Positions 26,480 to 38,779 of a stretch of DNA of 64,000 bases are shown here, piece after piece. The position numbers and the translations under genes are program-made. Source of the stretch: Lama guanicoe (taxonomy: Eukaryota); assembly GCA_013239625.1 (NCBI GenBank), contig MU054187.1, positions 21,269,280 through 21,333,279 of the forward strand, written 5' to 3'. The notes under the pieces were generated by a model that had not been told where the DNA came from, did not search any database, and saw only the letters and a program-made list of their open reading frames with translations. How positions within the stretch are numbered: position 1 is the first letter of the stretch; the number at the start of each line of letters is the position of its first letter.

Positions 26480-26690
26480 TTCCTGACTGTTGTTAAGACA
26501 ACACCATGTCTTGGGCAGGGCTGCTGCTTCAGCCTAAGTCTCTGAGAAGAGAACAGTGCGGATCTGCACACTGACCACACCGACCACAGGCAGAGTCACA
26601 TATAATTTGAACGGGAAATAAGTATTAAAGCCACTGATGTTCTGAGGTTAGTTGATATCGGCATAACTGAGAGAAATCTGAATAATGGTC
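26480..26690 (+). mobile_element. MLT1 (MaLR) LTR 3' fragment
   Basis: GGAAATAAGTATTAAAGCCACTGATGTTCTGAGGTTAGTTGATATCGGCATAAC resembles the MLT1 3' terminus. Confidence 0.6.
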
Positions 26691-29600
26691 ATTTACTAAG
26701 CATTTAGGAAATGGTCTTAAATTTAAATGGCTAATTGGTAGCATTTTACAATAGAAAACCTAACTTGTCAGTTATCTTTTAATACGTATCGAAAGCAGAA
26801 AGTTGTTCTAGAAAAATAGATTCAGCCTATACAGGGAGCACTGGTTAATTAAATTTAATCTAATTCTGTCAACAGAGACAGAATACTGTTTTTCAGCCTG
26901 GTTTGGTTGCCCTGCTACCAAGAAAGGGCTTCTAGGAAAATATATATCCTTACTTGGTAGGCGATAGAAATGCCTAGGCAGAGAAATTTTAATCAGTTTT
27001 AATAAATAATCCTGGGAGTGGTTACTCGTTATATAAGCAATGCTGTACTGCGCGTGTGTTCATCGAAGTAATTTTCTCCATGATTGGACAGGTCTGGGTG
27101 AACCCAGAGCGATCAGTAGTTACTGGGTGGTATGGAAAGGGGTCTGAAAGCAAAGGGGAAAGAGACTCGGGCCAAGGAATAGAAGGACTATTGTGTCTTC
27201 CTTTATGTCGCTGTGATCACTTTATCTCACAAGCTAGAATAAAGCAAATACATCTTCCAGCTTCTGCATCCTCTTTAAACATCTTAATATATTTATTATG
27301 ATATGTGAGTAAGAATGGCACGTCACAGTCTGAATTGTATGAATGACCACGTTTTCAATGTGTATATTACACCATTTCAGTGCTAGAAGTTTATGAAACA
27401 TCTACGTTTACAACAAAGTTGGCACCAAACATCACAGCTATAATTTCCTGGGAAAAGAACAAATGCTGATGTAGTAGGACACTGATACATTTGAGTGAAG
27501 ATAAAAGTAACCAGACTTCAAGTCACACTGCCCAAAGGAAGATTTTGCAATAGTTTAACAAGAATAGTCATATGATGATGTCATTAGGGGCATGGCCCTG
27601 GGGTTTAAGACACTGCAGAATTCTAAAGGACCTGCACCGCATAGCTACGTTATGTGTTCATTCTCTAAGGTGCGATTTTGTTTTATGACACGACTTTATC
27701 CATCACATTAAATTTATGTTGATAATTTGGATTTGACATTATGGTTTTATTTTTATTTATTTTATGTCAGTTTAATTTTATAAGTGCTAAGTCTATACCA
27801 AATTTCACATATAAATAGTTTATGCCTAGTTTCATGTTTATGTTTTTTAAGTAGTATAATAAATATGATCTAACTCTACATTGAGGTTTGCAAGAATTTT
27901 GCTTTTTCTTTATAGAGTTCTCATTTTTTTAATCCATTGTCAAAATATGTATATATGTAAATATATATATAATTTCATAGTTTTTCTCTCTTTGAGATAT
28001 ATATGTACTTTATATATATATATATATCTCCTCATCCTTAAACTTACAAAGAGAGAAAACTGTGATGTTTCCAGTTGAGATTCTCAAGTGATTTTACTTT
28101 ATAATTTTTTTTTCTGTACTCTAAGAAATAGGGAATGGGTTAGAGAACCTGTGTTGGATAAATGACTATGTAGAGAAAATGAGATTGGAAGTCCTGAGTT
28201 CATAATCTCCTCTGTTTGGAGGAAGGTTGGGAAGTGGTTATGACACAGCCTACTCTTGACAAAGTCCTATTTTAATTTTATGTGACTTATGCTGTCTTAT
28301 GTTTGCAGCTAACTTAATGAGATATGAAAGAGTCTTTTTTGTTTGAAATCCAGAAATCTCTGCTGATGAAGTTTAGACTCCTTTAAGGCAATCATTCAGT
28401 CTGATGTAACAACAGCAATAAAAGGCTTTGTCCACAGACATCTTTATGCCAGGCTTTGAGGATACTGACATGCATTCAAGGTGCTTCCACTCTCATGCTG
28501 AAGGAAGAATTATGTGTCCAAAGTTCAGCCCATCATCAAAGCTGACTTCCTTGGCTTGTCATGCATTCAGCAGTTGCATCCATCAACCCAGATTGGTTTT
28601 TTCAGATGCTCTGCTGCACAGCTAGGTACCCCATTAGATGCTCTGTGGTTCTCTGAACTATAACCCAACATCCTTCTCTTCCGGGAATAATGTACGTTGT
28701 TCGTTGGAATATCTGAGTATTTTGTGAGCAAAATAGCCTGGGTTCTTGGTGTGATCGTTTTAAACTGTTCTTCAAAATAATATTAGATCTAGAAATTTCA
28801 TGCACAGCAAATGCTTCCTTGAAACTAATCCAGCCAATGCACCTGTGTTCCTGGCCAAATTCCCCTTGATTACAAGTGATATAAACCTTTCTCCATTGAA
28901 AAAATGCATCAAACTCTTTTTCCCTTCTTTTCAACTGACCTTTATGATTCACGTGAGGCTGCTGTTTTCTTGTGAGAAGATGTGACGCTGCACAAATGAC
29001 CTTTAATATCTGAGAAGTCACTATTTGTGAACTGTCATTTATAGACTTTCTTTTAGTTGTAAATTAGAGCATTTCTTGTATTACATTTCAGAATAATTTT
29101 TAAAAATTTGTTCTAGAATGATCATTGCTATTTCTGTCAGCTGAACTCACTTCTGTACTATTTCTGTGAGCTGAAATCACTTCTGTGGGTTTAATTTATT
29201 TCCCAGTTTTGCAATTATCAGTTTTCTTTTTTTTCTCTTTCTGAATTTATGTTGACCTATATATACTAAAATTTGAATTTAAAATTTCTGGTCGCTGGAG
29301 ATGAAAGTTCTCCTACAGAGATAATTAGGCAGTATGGATGTAGTTTTTGAACATGTGCTGTAAATTTCACTGAGGACTGTCCTCTGTAATTGCTTTTAGC
29401 ACTTTCTGATTTTGTCCTTGGCGTCATGCTTTGAGTTCAGCAGCACCTGAATCACACCATTCATTCTCTTTCCTCTGAAGAAGGTTATTGGCCTCTTCCC
29501 TCAGTAACTTTTCTGAGACTGTGAAGGAACACAATACCAAATCAACAATCACTTTAGGCTACAAATAAATAATGCAGTAATAGCACTAAACATTAATCAC

Positions 29601-30474
29601 ATTTTCCTGTAATTATCATACTTTTTCTGAAAAATATTTGAATATTTGTTAACGGAAGCTCAAAAGAGTACTTTCCATTCATTCCTATGGTTTTTCCTCT
29701 AATGTTTTCATTCAAATTACTAAGTTATATTTGCCACATATTGGAGAAAAAAGATGATAAAATGTTTTCTATCTTTATATAAGTAGTTTGATTAATGACA
29801 TGTTTCTTGTTTGTAGTTTAAGTTTGTAGATACTTAATATAAGACATTTTGAAATCATAAAATGCACAGTGTGAAGACATGCAGAAATAACTGTACTTGT
29901 GTAAATAGGACTGGAATTTTCTTTTAGAAGCAGATAGCAATTTTGTTTAACCTCCTATGCAACCACAAAATACTTCTAAGGATATTCTCAAGAAGCAGAA
30001 ATCATACCCTTTTTGTTCTTTATGTGTTTTTTGATTCTGGTCAGGTTCTGAGAATCTTATTTTTTTTTAATGGAGGTACTATATCCATCTTGCATCCTAT
30101 TTGTCAGAAATACTCTTAAAATTATTTTGTTAAACAGACTCTTATTAAATTAGAACAGAGACCTAAAGAAAGGAGTAGGAGATGTGGTAAGGAAACAGTA
30201 GTAAACAATGCACATGTGTGCATGTGTGCAGATGTGTGTGCTGGTCTGCATGGATAATGTCGGAATGATTGGGATTGTGTAATAAAATTTCTAAATACAG
30301 ACTTTTGTTATAGAAGAAATATATTTACAGAAAAACCTAGTGGTTGTTTGGAATTGAGGTTTAAACAGTCTCTGTAAAGCCAAGGTCTTAGAAGAGGAGA
30401 ATCAGTAGACTGAAAGAATTCTGTGGGAAGGGGAGGAAACAGGGTAGAGGTTAAGTCAATTTAAAGTCTCATGG

Positions 30475-30513
30475 TATTTTTCTTTCATATGATATCACTC
30501 ATATGTGGAATCT

Positions 30514-30553
<40 letters not shown>

Positions 30554-30862
30554 CTGAGCTTATTTGCAAAACAGAAACAGAACCACAGACATAGAAAACA
30601 AACTTAACAGTTACCAGGATGGGATGGGGGTGGGAAGGGATAAATTGGGAGTTTGAGATTTGCAGATACTAGCCACTATATATAAGATAGGTAAACGGTA
30701 AATTTCTACTATATAGCACAGCGAACTATATTCAATATCTTGTAGTAACCTATAATGAAAAAAGAATATGAAAAGAATATATATGTATATGAATGACTGA
30801 AGCATTATGCTGTACACCAGTAATTGACACAACATTATAAACTGACTATACTTCAGTAAAAA
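30475..30862 (+). mobile_element. Young L1 3'UTR insertion with an internal (CA)n at ~30516-30552 and a tiny 5' inversion
   Basis: Perfect 12-bp TSD AAAGTCTCATGG (30463-30474 and 30863-30874) preceded by TT, an L1 endonuclease-type site; sequence matches the other L1 3'UTRs in the window. Confidence 0.92.
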
Positions 30863-33229
30863 AAAGTCTCATGGGACTGGAAGAGAGGAGAGACAAGGGG
30901 AGATGATAGTGAAAAAGCTTAGTAAGTGGAGGAAGATGGATATAGCTTATATTTTATTTTCATAAAATAGAGAAACATGTGTTTGATTATGATTATGAAA
31001 GTGGGGAGCGAACATCTCCTGGAATGGAAAAGGAAACAGGGTCTGAGATAGTTATCAGTCATCAGACTGGCCCCTGTGATACAGCCAACAGGTAAAAATT
31101 CAGTTATCCTGAGTAAGAATGGAGTAGACTATAGAAAGATTTCATGCCAAGAGTCAGACAGTTGTTACAATTACTTAAATTTCTTCTAAGTTGACAATGA
31201 AGGCAAATGTTTAACATGAACGTTATTGTCAATGCCATTTAATATTTAAGAACTGAAAAAATCTCCTTATACATTTAGAATTATGTAACTACACACTCAT
31301 GATGAGCACTGTTTTTATTATATTTTTCCAGCAATGTCTGTTAATTTGAGGCTTCTTACTGTTTAGATTCTGGAGTAGGAGAAAGTATTTTCACCAGTCA
31401 TCATTAATGTGAAAAAAAATTAAAAGTATCCTTTTTCAGAAGATGAAGTTATCCACCGACTTATCTGTAAGAGATAATTTTTCATATTTATAATTGAAAT
31501 CTTTGAATACACATTTGAAAGTTCACTTTGTACATATCTTAAATGATTCCAAACTTTTCATGAGCTAGTTCAAATTTTCTTCTCAAATGGTAACCTGTTA
31601 TTCTATGTTATTGTTAATCTTCTAAATGTAAATCCTCTCAAATTTAACTTGGCCAGTCAAGGGATTATATTTAACTCAGATAAAGGTTCTCATGAAATGA
31701 AGAGTGAGCATGCCAATGTGATATGGCTGTATGTGTTTGTATATGATCACAGTTTCTTTACGTAAGCCTCAATTTCCTCATCTATGAAATGGGAATACTA
31801 TAACTGTGAACAACCTAGAGCAATCTGAGTCTGTGTCCTCATTTTGAGTCCCTTTGCTGCCTCTAGTGGCTCAATTTCTCCAGGTCCCCAGAGGCCAGAA
31901 TAGGAAATTTCTTCAACATAACTTATGTCAACGTCATGTCATGTCTTAAATCCTGGCTCTAGCCTACTCCAGGAGATGTCTGTCTTCAAAAAGAGGAACA
32001 GGAAGGGATGTCTTTATTGGAGAAAACCTAAGAATGGTGAGTGTATCCATTTATCCACAGGCTTACCTCAAATCACGCCACACATGGCTGGGGCTGAGGT
32101 AGGGATGGGGCATGATAGATAAAAAGGAAAATCTCCTTACTCCACAGTTACCATAATCATCACAGCAATTTCCTCTAGCCACCCCACACAATCGCTAAGA
32201 AACTCATGTCCCTTAAAATATAAAGTACAGTTCTAATCTCATGGAAACTGATATTAGGTATGGAAAATCATTATACAGGATTAATATAATATTGTGTTCT
32301 TTAATTTGATGTCTTTTAAATAGTTGTTAAGCATGTGTCCAGGCTTACAGTTTCTATATTTAATCTGACTCTCTGAATAATTTTCCGCAGAGATGTAGTT
32401 TCTGGTGCCAAGGGAACCTAAGGGAAAACTCTGCTTTATCTTAGAAACACCAGTAGTTGAGACAGATTTAGAGTCTTTAGTGTAAGCAAAAGCTGAGTGA
32501 TTAAATTGGGTAACTTTTTTTTGCTAATTCCCAGTGGTCAATATGTTGCAATGAACTTAGATCTTTTCTTTGTTGGTTTTATATGCAGGAAATTGCTTCA
32601 CTAGAAATAAACCTTCTTTTCCTTAAACTGTGGTTAAAGATAATGTTTTCAAGGGATGTCGTTCTGTTATTTACCTTTTAAGGCTTATGATATTGTGAAT
32701 CTGTTGCTTATTTTAATAACCAGATTCTGTATATTTGGCAGATACACTTTATTACAGATTTTTCCAAGTGTTATGTTTAATTGCTTTTTTAATTTTTATG
32801 TTTGAGGGTCATCATTTTAACAATATAAAATTTTAGTATTAACAATATAAAAATTTCAATATTAATTCAGAAGTTCCTAGATTTTTACATTTATGTGGAA
32901 GCGTATTCGAAATTTCCCTGAAAGAATTGACTTATCTATACAAAAAAAATGTATTTGCATAAACTACTTTAAAGTGACTGAGTATTATCTTAGAGTCTTC
33001 TTAGCTCTCTCAGTTGTAATTCTTCTCGCCCTGTTTGTTCTATCAAGTCCAGCCTTAAGATCAATATAATTGATAAAACAGTTGGTCCAAGAACATAAGT
33101 TAAATACCTCTGCCTTTCTCTATCATCTCTTGATATGAATCTCCTTTTAGTAGGTGCTTTTAGGTACTCAGAATAATGAATCTTAGAAAGCAAGAGGACA
33201 TTAAATGTCTTAGCCCGTCTCATACTCAG

Positions 33230-34020
33230 TGTGGAAATGCCTCTGTATAATATCTGTTACAAATGCTAATTTGGCTTCTCTTGAACACTTTCAAGAATGA
33301 TTACTATTATTGCAAAATATATTCCTGGGTTAAATGTAAATCTGTATTTCTATAATGTTTACTACTGTCCCAAGCTCTCCATCTACATCTTTGGAGAAGC
33401 CTAACACTGATCCATCTAGTATCCATTCAGATGTTTAAAGACTGCCATCATTGTCCTGTGACAGTGTTAAGTTTATCCCTGTGCGAAACAGCCCCAATCC
33501 CTTCAACATTCTTTCCATGAATGGTTTCTAGACCTTTTGTTCTCCTACTTATCTTTGCCAAGTTTCTCCCCAAATTGTTGGTAACTTTTGTGAACAGTGG
33601 GGACTTTAAATGTATGAAGATTTTTTTTCAATTATTATCTGAACACTAGAAAGGAAGGTTTTCTTGGGGCCTGAATCTCTCAAGCTATACTTTACTGTAT
33701 TTATGTTAGTGTGACCCAAATTTAATGGGTGCCTTACTTAGTGATGCTGTTTTTTGCATTGCAATGATTTTTCAATCAGAAACATATTAAAATCTTATTC
33801 ATATAAAATACTGTTTAGGCAAGTGCCCTTTCATGCTGTGTTCATGCATTTTATTTATCCAAATGTAAAACCAAGGCGTCATATTTACCACTGCTGATGT
33901 TCATTTTGTTAATTTTGTTTCATAATTTCCCTTTAGAAAATCATTTTAATAATTTGATTTTCTAATGTATTAAAAACCACTCCCAGACCCGTGTCACCTG
34001 TCTTCTGGTCACTAATGAAT
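33230..34020 (-). mobile_element. L3/CR1 LINE fragment, very old
   Basis: CTCTTGAACACTTTCAAGAATGA, CCATTCAGATGTTTAAAGACTGCCATCAT, AAACAGCCCCAATCCCTTCAAC, ACCACTCCCAGACCCGTGTCACCTG resemble CR1 antisense motifs. Confidence 0.6.
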
Positions 34021-35074
34021 GGGACAATACCAAATTATATCCTAGAAAATCTCTCTTCAGAACTATATAAGTGACATATGCAGATTGATGATAAAATAAT
34101 ATAGTTATCTAATACTATTCGAGTGCAGAATTTCAAAGCATAAAGCAACCAAACTATATGTTTGTATAATCATGTTAAATCTAATGCTGCCTGTTTGGCT
34201 AGCACAGGAAAATTTATAAAATATCTTCCCAAAAATCAACATTTTCAATTTCCATAGCTTTTCACTTACGTACTATTTCTAATATTCAGTGAGGAAATAC
34301 TTATTTTGGTATCATTTAGTCTTACTAAACTCATGCTAGTTTCTAAAGAGGATTCCTATGATTAAATAAGATTATGCTGGATATGAACAAGTTTTATAAA
34401 TTTTTGCAAACATTATGCAGTATCGGTGATTACTAAAGGTTGAAAAAGGGTCTGCTTAATAATAGCCTGTCCTAATTTTTTTTCTCAAAAGCAGCATTCA
34501 ACATTTTCTGATCAGCAGTTTTTAGTCTTCAACAACTCCTAGAGAAAGAACTAGTAAATAATAAATCTCAGTAAATAGCTATAGAATTATTGCATGAGTG
34601 CATGCCCATGGATGTTTGTGATGAGATGCCAAGAGAAGCACCTGCCTTGGGAACCCATGTGGCAGCCGCATTGGGCCAGGGTGACAGAATGTGACAGTGA
34701 GGATGACTATGAGGACTGTGGTGTGGGATGGATACTTTTGAGTGCACTTGAAGGAGAACAAAGAAAATGACAAGCTCAGGCCTGTTTATTCTCAGTTTAA
34801 ATAACTCTCTGAGAATCAGAGCTTCCATAGTAGCCCTAAACAAGGCTCTTATTTCTGGTAGCTGCAGGGTTGATACAGCTGAAGGTCAAGTACAAATGTG
34901 CTTGTGTGGGTGGGTGTATCTCAAGGCCAGCTGAATTCACAGTCTCCGTCGATTTCCTATGTGAATCAGTTGAGCATCACTATGTAATGTAATAGATTCA
35001 CAGGTTTCTGACGTTTGGAAGTGGACATCTATATAGAGAGGGAGGAAGGGTATTATTCAGCCTAACACATTATT

Positions 35075-35530
35075 ATTAAATGGGTTCCCTGATTCCAGTG
35101 GAGATTATAGGATCCCAGAGTATCAGAAGCCAGTGTCAGCATTCAATTGCCAAAGACAGGAGGGGATGCATATTCTAAAGGGCAGCACAGGGACATATAG
35201 GTAATCAAAATGCCTTGGCCCTACAGAGACTTTTGGAGGTAGCTGATTGATTGTGATGTCCCTGGGAACAAAATGTATGGGCAGACTGTTACAGTATCAC
35301 TTGATCTATATAAGTGGAAAAGCCCTGGGTCTGGCAGCCATAGCCTGATTCGAGTCTCCACAGTGTAGAGCCATGGCTCCTTTCCAGACATATGTCACTT
35401 CACAGACCCAGAGTCTCTTGGTTTAGCAGAAGTCCGAGTCCCCTTGAGGAAGTACCCTGCACCACTGGTGAAGGTGTGCACCTTAAATCTTCCTCCAGTT
35501 CTTCCCCCAATGGACATGGATCGTTTGCAT
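35075..35530 (+). mobile_element. ERVL internal (gag-region) relic, with frameshifts and stops
   Basis: GGATCCCAGAGTATCAGAAGCCAGTGTCAGCATTCAATTGCCAAAGACAGG, GATTGATTGTGATGTCCCTGGGAACAAAATG, TTCACAGACCCAGAGTCTCTTG and CCCCTTGAGGAAGTACCCTGC correspond to ERVL gag segments (FTDPE.L, VPLRK.PA). Confidence 0.7.
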
Positions 35531-35584
35531 ATATCACATTTGAATGTATAATATCAACCCATTTCAAAAGTGACCCATTAGTTG

Positions 35585-35725
35585 ATAACTCTGTATGCTG
35601 ACCCATGTTAACTGGATTTATTGTGATTATTTTGCAATATATACAAATACTGAATTATTCAGTTGTACACCAGAAATTAATAAAATGTCATTTCAAATAT
35701 ATCTCAATAAAAAAAGTTAAAAAAT
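35585..35725 (+). mobile_element. L1M 3' terminal fragment
   Basis: ATGTTAACTGGATTTATTGTGATTATTTTGCAATATATACAAATAC...TATATCTCAATAAAAAAA. Confidence 0.75.
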
Positions 35726-38104
35726 AATTTTTATACAGTAGATAGAGCAGCACAAAATTGTTAGTTTCCTTCATTTCTTTATCCCATCCCTCCCCTCAGT
35801 AAGTGAAGATGAAAAGGATTAATTGCCTTGTGACTTAGTACATTAAACACAAAACCAATTCATTTGAATTAGGTCAGGCAAAAGTTCAGTCATTTGGCTA
35901 CTAGTATCCATCCATAATGGAAGCATTATGGTGTGTACTTTTTCATAGGGGCCATTAGATTGTAGGCCATTTGAATGTCTTTAGAAGAAAGAGTGATGAT
36001 CTTGAATTGCATAGAACATTTCGTGCTTTCTCATGCTGTACCCTTTACTCTTTGCCTTTTTAAGAGAAAGCCCTTCTGCAACAAGAGAGTTTTAAAACTC
36101 TGTCTTGATAATATCCTACTATCTTGGAATAAAAAAAATTACAAATACCCAAATAAATTCACATGAAAAAACTGATGGGGCAGGGATGGGGGCTATGAAA
36201 AAAACAATCAAAACACCGAGGATAGGTTCCTGATTTAGAAACTGAATTGTATACTGAATGACTAAAGATTTTAGAGATCTATGGCAAAACCAAGAATTTC
36301 TATTTAATTCCTTACATATGCTAAAGCCACTTATTTTTCTGTTTGATTCATATTATATTTATTATGTAACTGCAGGCACTTCTGCTTTCCCTAGCTCTTT
36401 TATTCATATGCTGCAAATGCATGCTGACCCTCCCCAGAAATAATGTAACTAAATGAGACATCACACCCATGATTTTTTTTTCAGATGATTGCAGTCTTTT
36501 ATGATTCAATTATCCAAGTTAATGAAGGAATAGAATCAGACAGCTAATTTGGGGAGTACATAATCCAAACTTTACTGGGTAATGTAATATTAAAAAAAAC
36601 TGAAATAAAAACCAGGCAACATAGATATAAGTTTTCTAAAACCAGTTATTATTTTAGGGTAAGTTATTTAAATTATTGAAATGCACTGGACCTCAGTTTC
36701 TCAGGTTGCACTGTTTTATGCAACCAATATACTCCTGAGTCTGTGATGATATTAGGTTTTTCAGAGTGATAGTGTTCATATATTTGAATATAATTTTCCT
36801 CATTTACAGTTTCTTTTTAAACCTCTCCTATCTCCTCAGACAACTTCTTCCTATTTGTCATTTTCATTGAATATAGACAGAATTGCATCTTAAGAGTTAT
36901 TCAGAATGACTACATCATTACTTTCCCTCATTTTTCCTCATGACTATGGAGGACTAAGAGGCGTGTTAATGGTTTAGTTTCAAAGGCTGTCTGAGGTCAT
37001 TCTGAGCTACAGAGTGTATTGGGGGATAAAAAAGAAAAACAACTTAGGCCATAAGAATCCCCCAAAAGATCTGCAGTAGTAAAGTGTGTTATTGTTTGCA
37101 CGAAAAAGTATAAATTGGTTTGCTCTAGGTGTGTAATAATTCATAGTGTATTCCAATCTAGAGATTAGTGGTTCTCAAAATTTGGGTTGCTTCAAATATG
37201 TTAAACTCATAAAGGTCCAAGTCCTTCCCCAGATTTACTGGGGTGGGGGGAAGGAGTTTGGGGAAAAGCTGACAGTCATGTTTTTAATAGGATTCTAATC
37301 TATCAAAATTTACCCATTGCCATAAACCAGTATTTACAGCCTAAATATTGGCAGGTCCTCCTACTTAATTGCAGTGATCATATAATAAATTCTTCAAATG
37401 GGGACTCATTTGAGAGTGGAAGAGGGCCCTCTTTATTACTTACGTCAGTACAAATGGCAGGACTTCTTGGGCAAAGCAGAACCAAATTTAAAACTTTTTA
37501 AAGAGAATTGCAAAACTTTTTACCTTTTGTGTAAAAAGGAAGTAACTTCTCTTAAAATCAGTTTACATGCTGTTTCACACTGTAGTATTTTCCTGAAACC
37601 TATCCCCACAACTCGTATTATTTGTCTACATGATACAAAGATAAATTGTTTTGAGGATAATGAAGGTTTCTGAAAACAGGACATGAATAGCAAGTCACAG
37701 CCTGGCTTGTCTTCCAGTCCTTCCATTAAATTAACTATTTAACATATAATGGAAAGAGACCTAGAGATTTCTTTTTGGTAAGTTAGGGAGATTTGAAAAG
37801 ACTGATTATATGGACTTACCCCTGATCAATTGATAATCAGATGAATGAAACTGAAGTCACACACCAGAGCAAAAATAGTTTATAAGCAGAAAGAAATCAA
37901 CATTAAATACATGCTGTATAAAGAAGACCTCTAAGGAAATACATCAGTAATGAATGGATTTGTGAGAAGGGAGTTTTTAGTAAACATTTAAGTGAAGGAG
38001 ATAGTTTTTGTATTAAATCAGAGCGAAAGGATGTTTCAAGAAGAAACACAGTAAAAAAAAATTATTATAATCAACCTCAGTGATGGGAAATAAAATTTGC
38101 TGGT

Positions 38105-38556
38105 TCTGATGGTTAAATTTTGTGTCATCTTGACCCGGCTATGATGACTAGTCACATGATCAAACACTAATCTAGATGTTGCTGTAGATGTAATTAAATC
38201 TACACTTAGTTGCCTTTGGTGTAAAGGATACTACTCTTGATAATATGGATGAGCCTCATCCAGTCAATTGAAGGCCTTTAAGAGCATAAACTGAGGTTTC
38301 TTGGAGAAGAAGGAATTTCTTGAAGACTATAACGTAGAATTCATTTTTGAGTCTTCAGTTTGACCTACAAATTGTGGACTCAAGACTGCAACATCAACTT
38401 TTGACTGAGTTTGCAGCCTGATATACTGCCCTACTGATTTCAGATGTGCCAGCTCCCACAATTGTGTGAGCCAATTCCTTAAAATCACACACATACACAC
38501 ACACACACACCCCCCCACACATCTTATTGATTCTTTGGAGAAACTTGTGTAATACA
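38105..38556 (+). mobile_element. MLT2 (ERVL) solo LTR, MLT2D-like
   Basis: Starts T(C)TGATGGTTAAATTTTGTGTCATCTTGAC, ends TAATACA; perfect 5-bp TSD CTGGT (38100-38104 and 38557-38561); (CA)n at the usual position after GAGCCAATTCCTTAAAAT. Confidence 0.9.
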
Positions 38557-38779
38557 CTGGTTTTGACCAAATTAAGACCATAGCATTTGCCCCACTGTTT
38601 CAACTCATTTCACTTCTTACTACTTCCCTTTCCTATTTACAGTAATAGAATCCTTTGACTAAATTGATTCATATATAGAATTTAAAAGGGATTCTGATTT
38701 TAAGGCACTTTAGAATAAGTGAAAGAGCAAAAGAAACATAAGTAGGAAATTCTGCAATGACATATAAGGAAATGATTTA

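Noticed and set aside
28602..29021. 139-aa minus-strand ORF as a nested gene
   Set aside because: It has a non-ATG start and no recognisable domain or splice context, and its length is compatible with chance.
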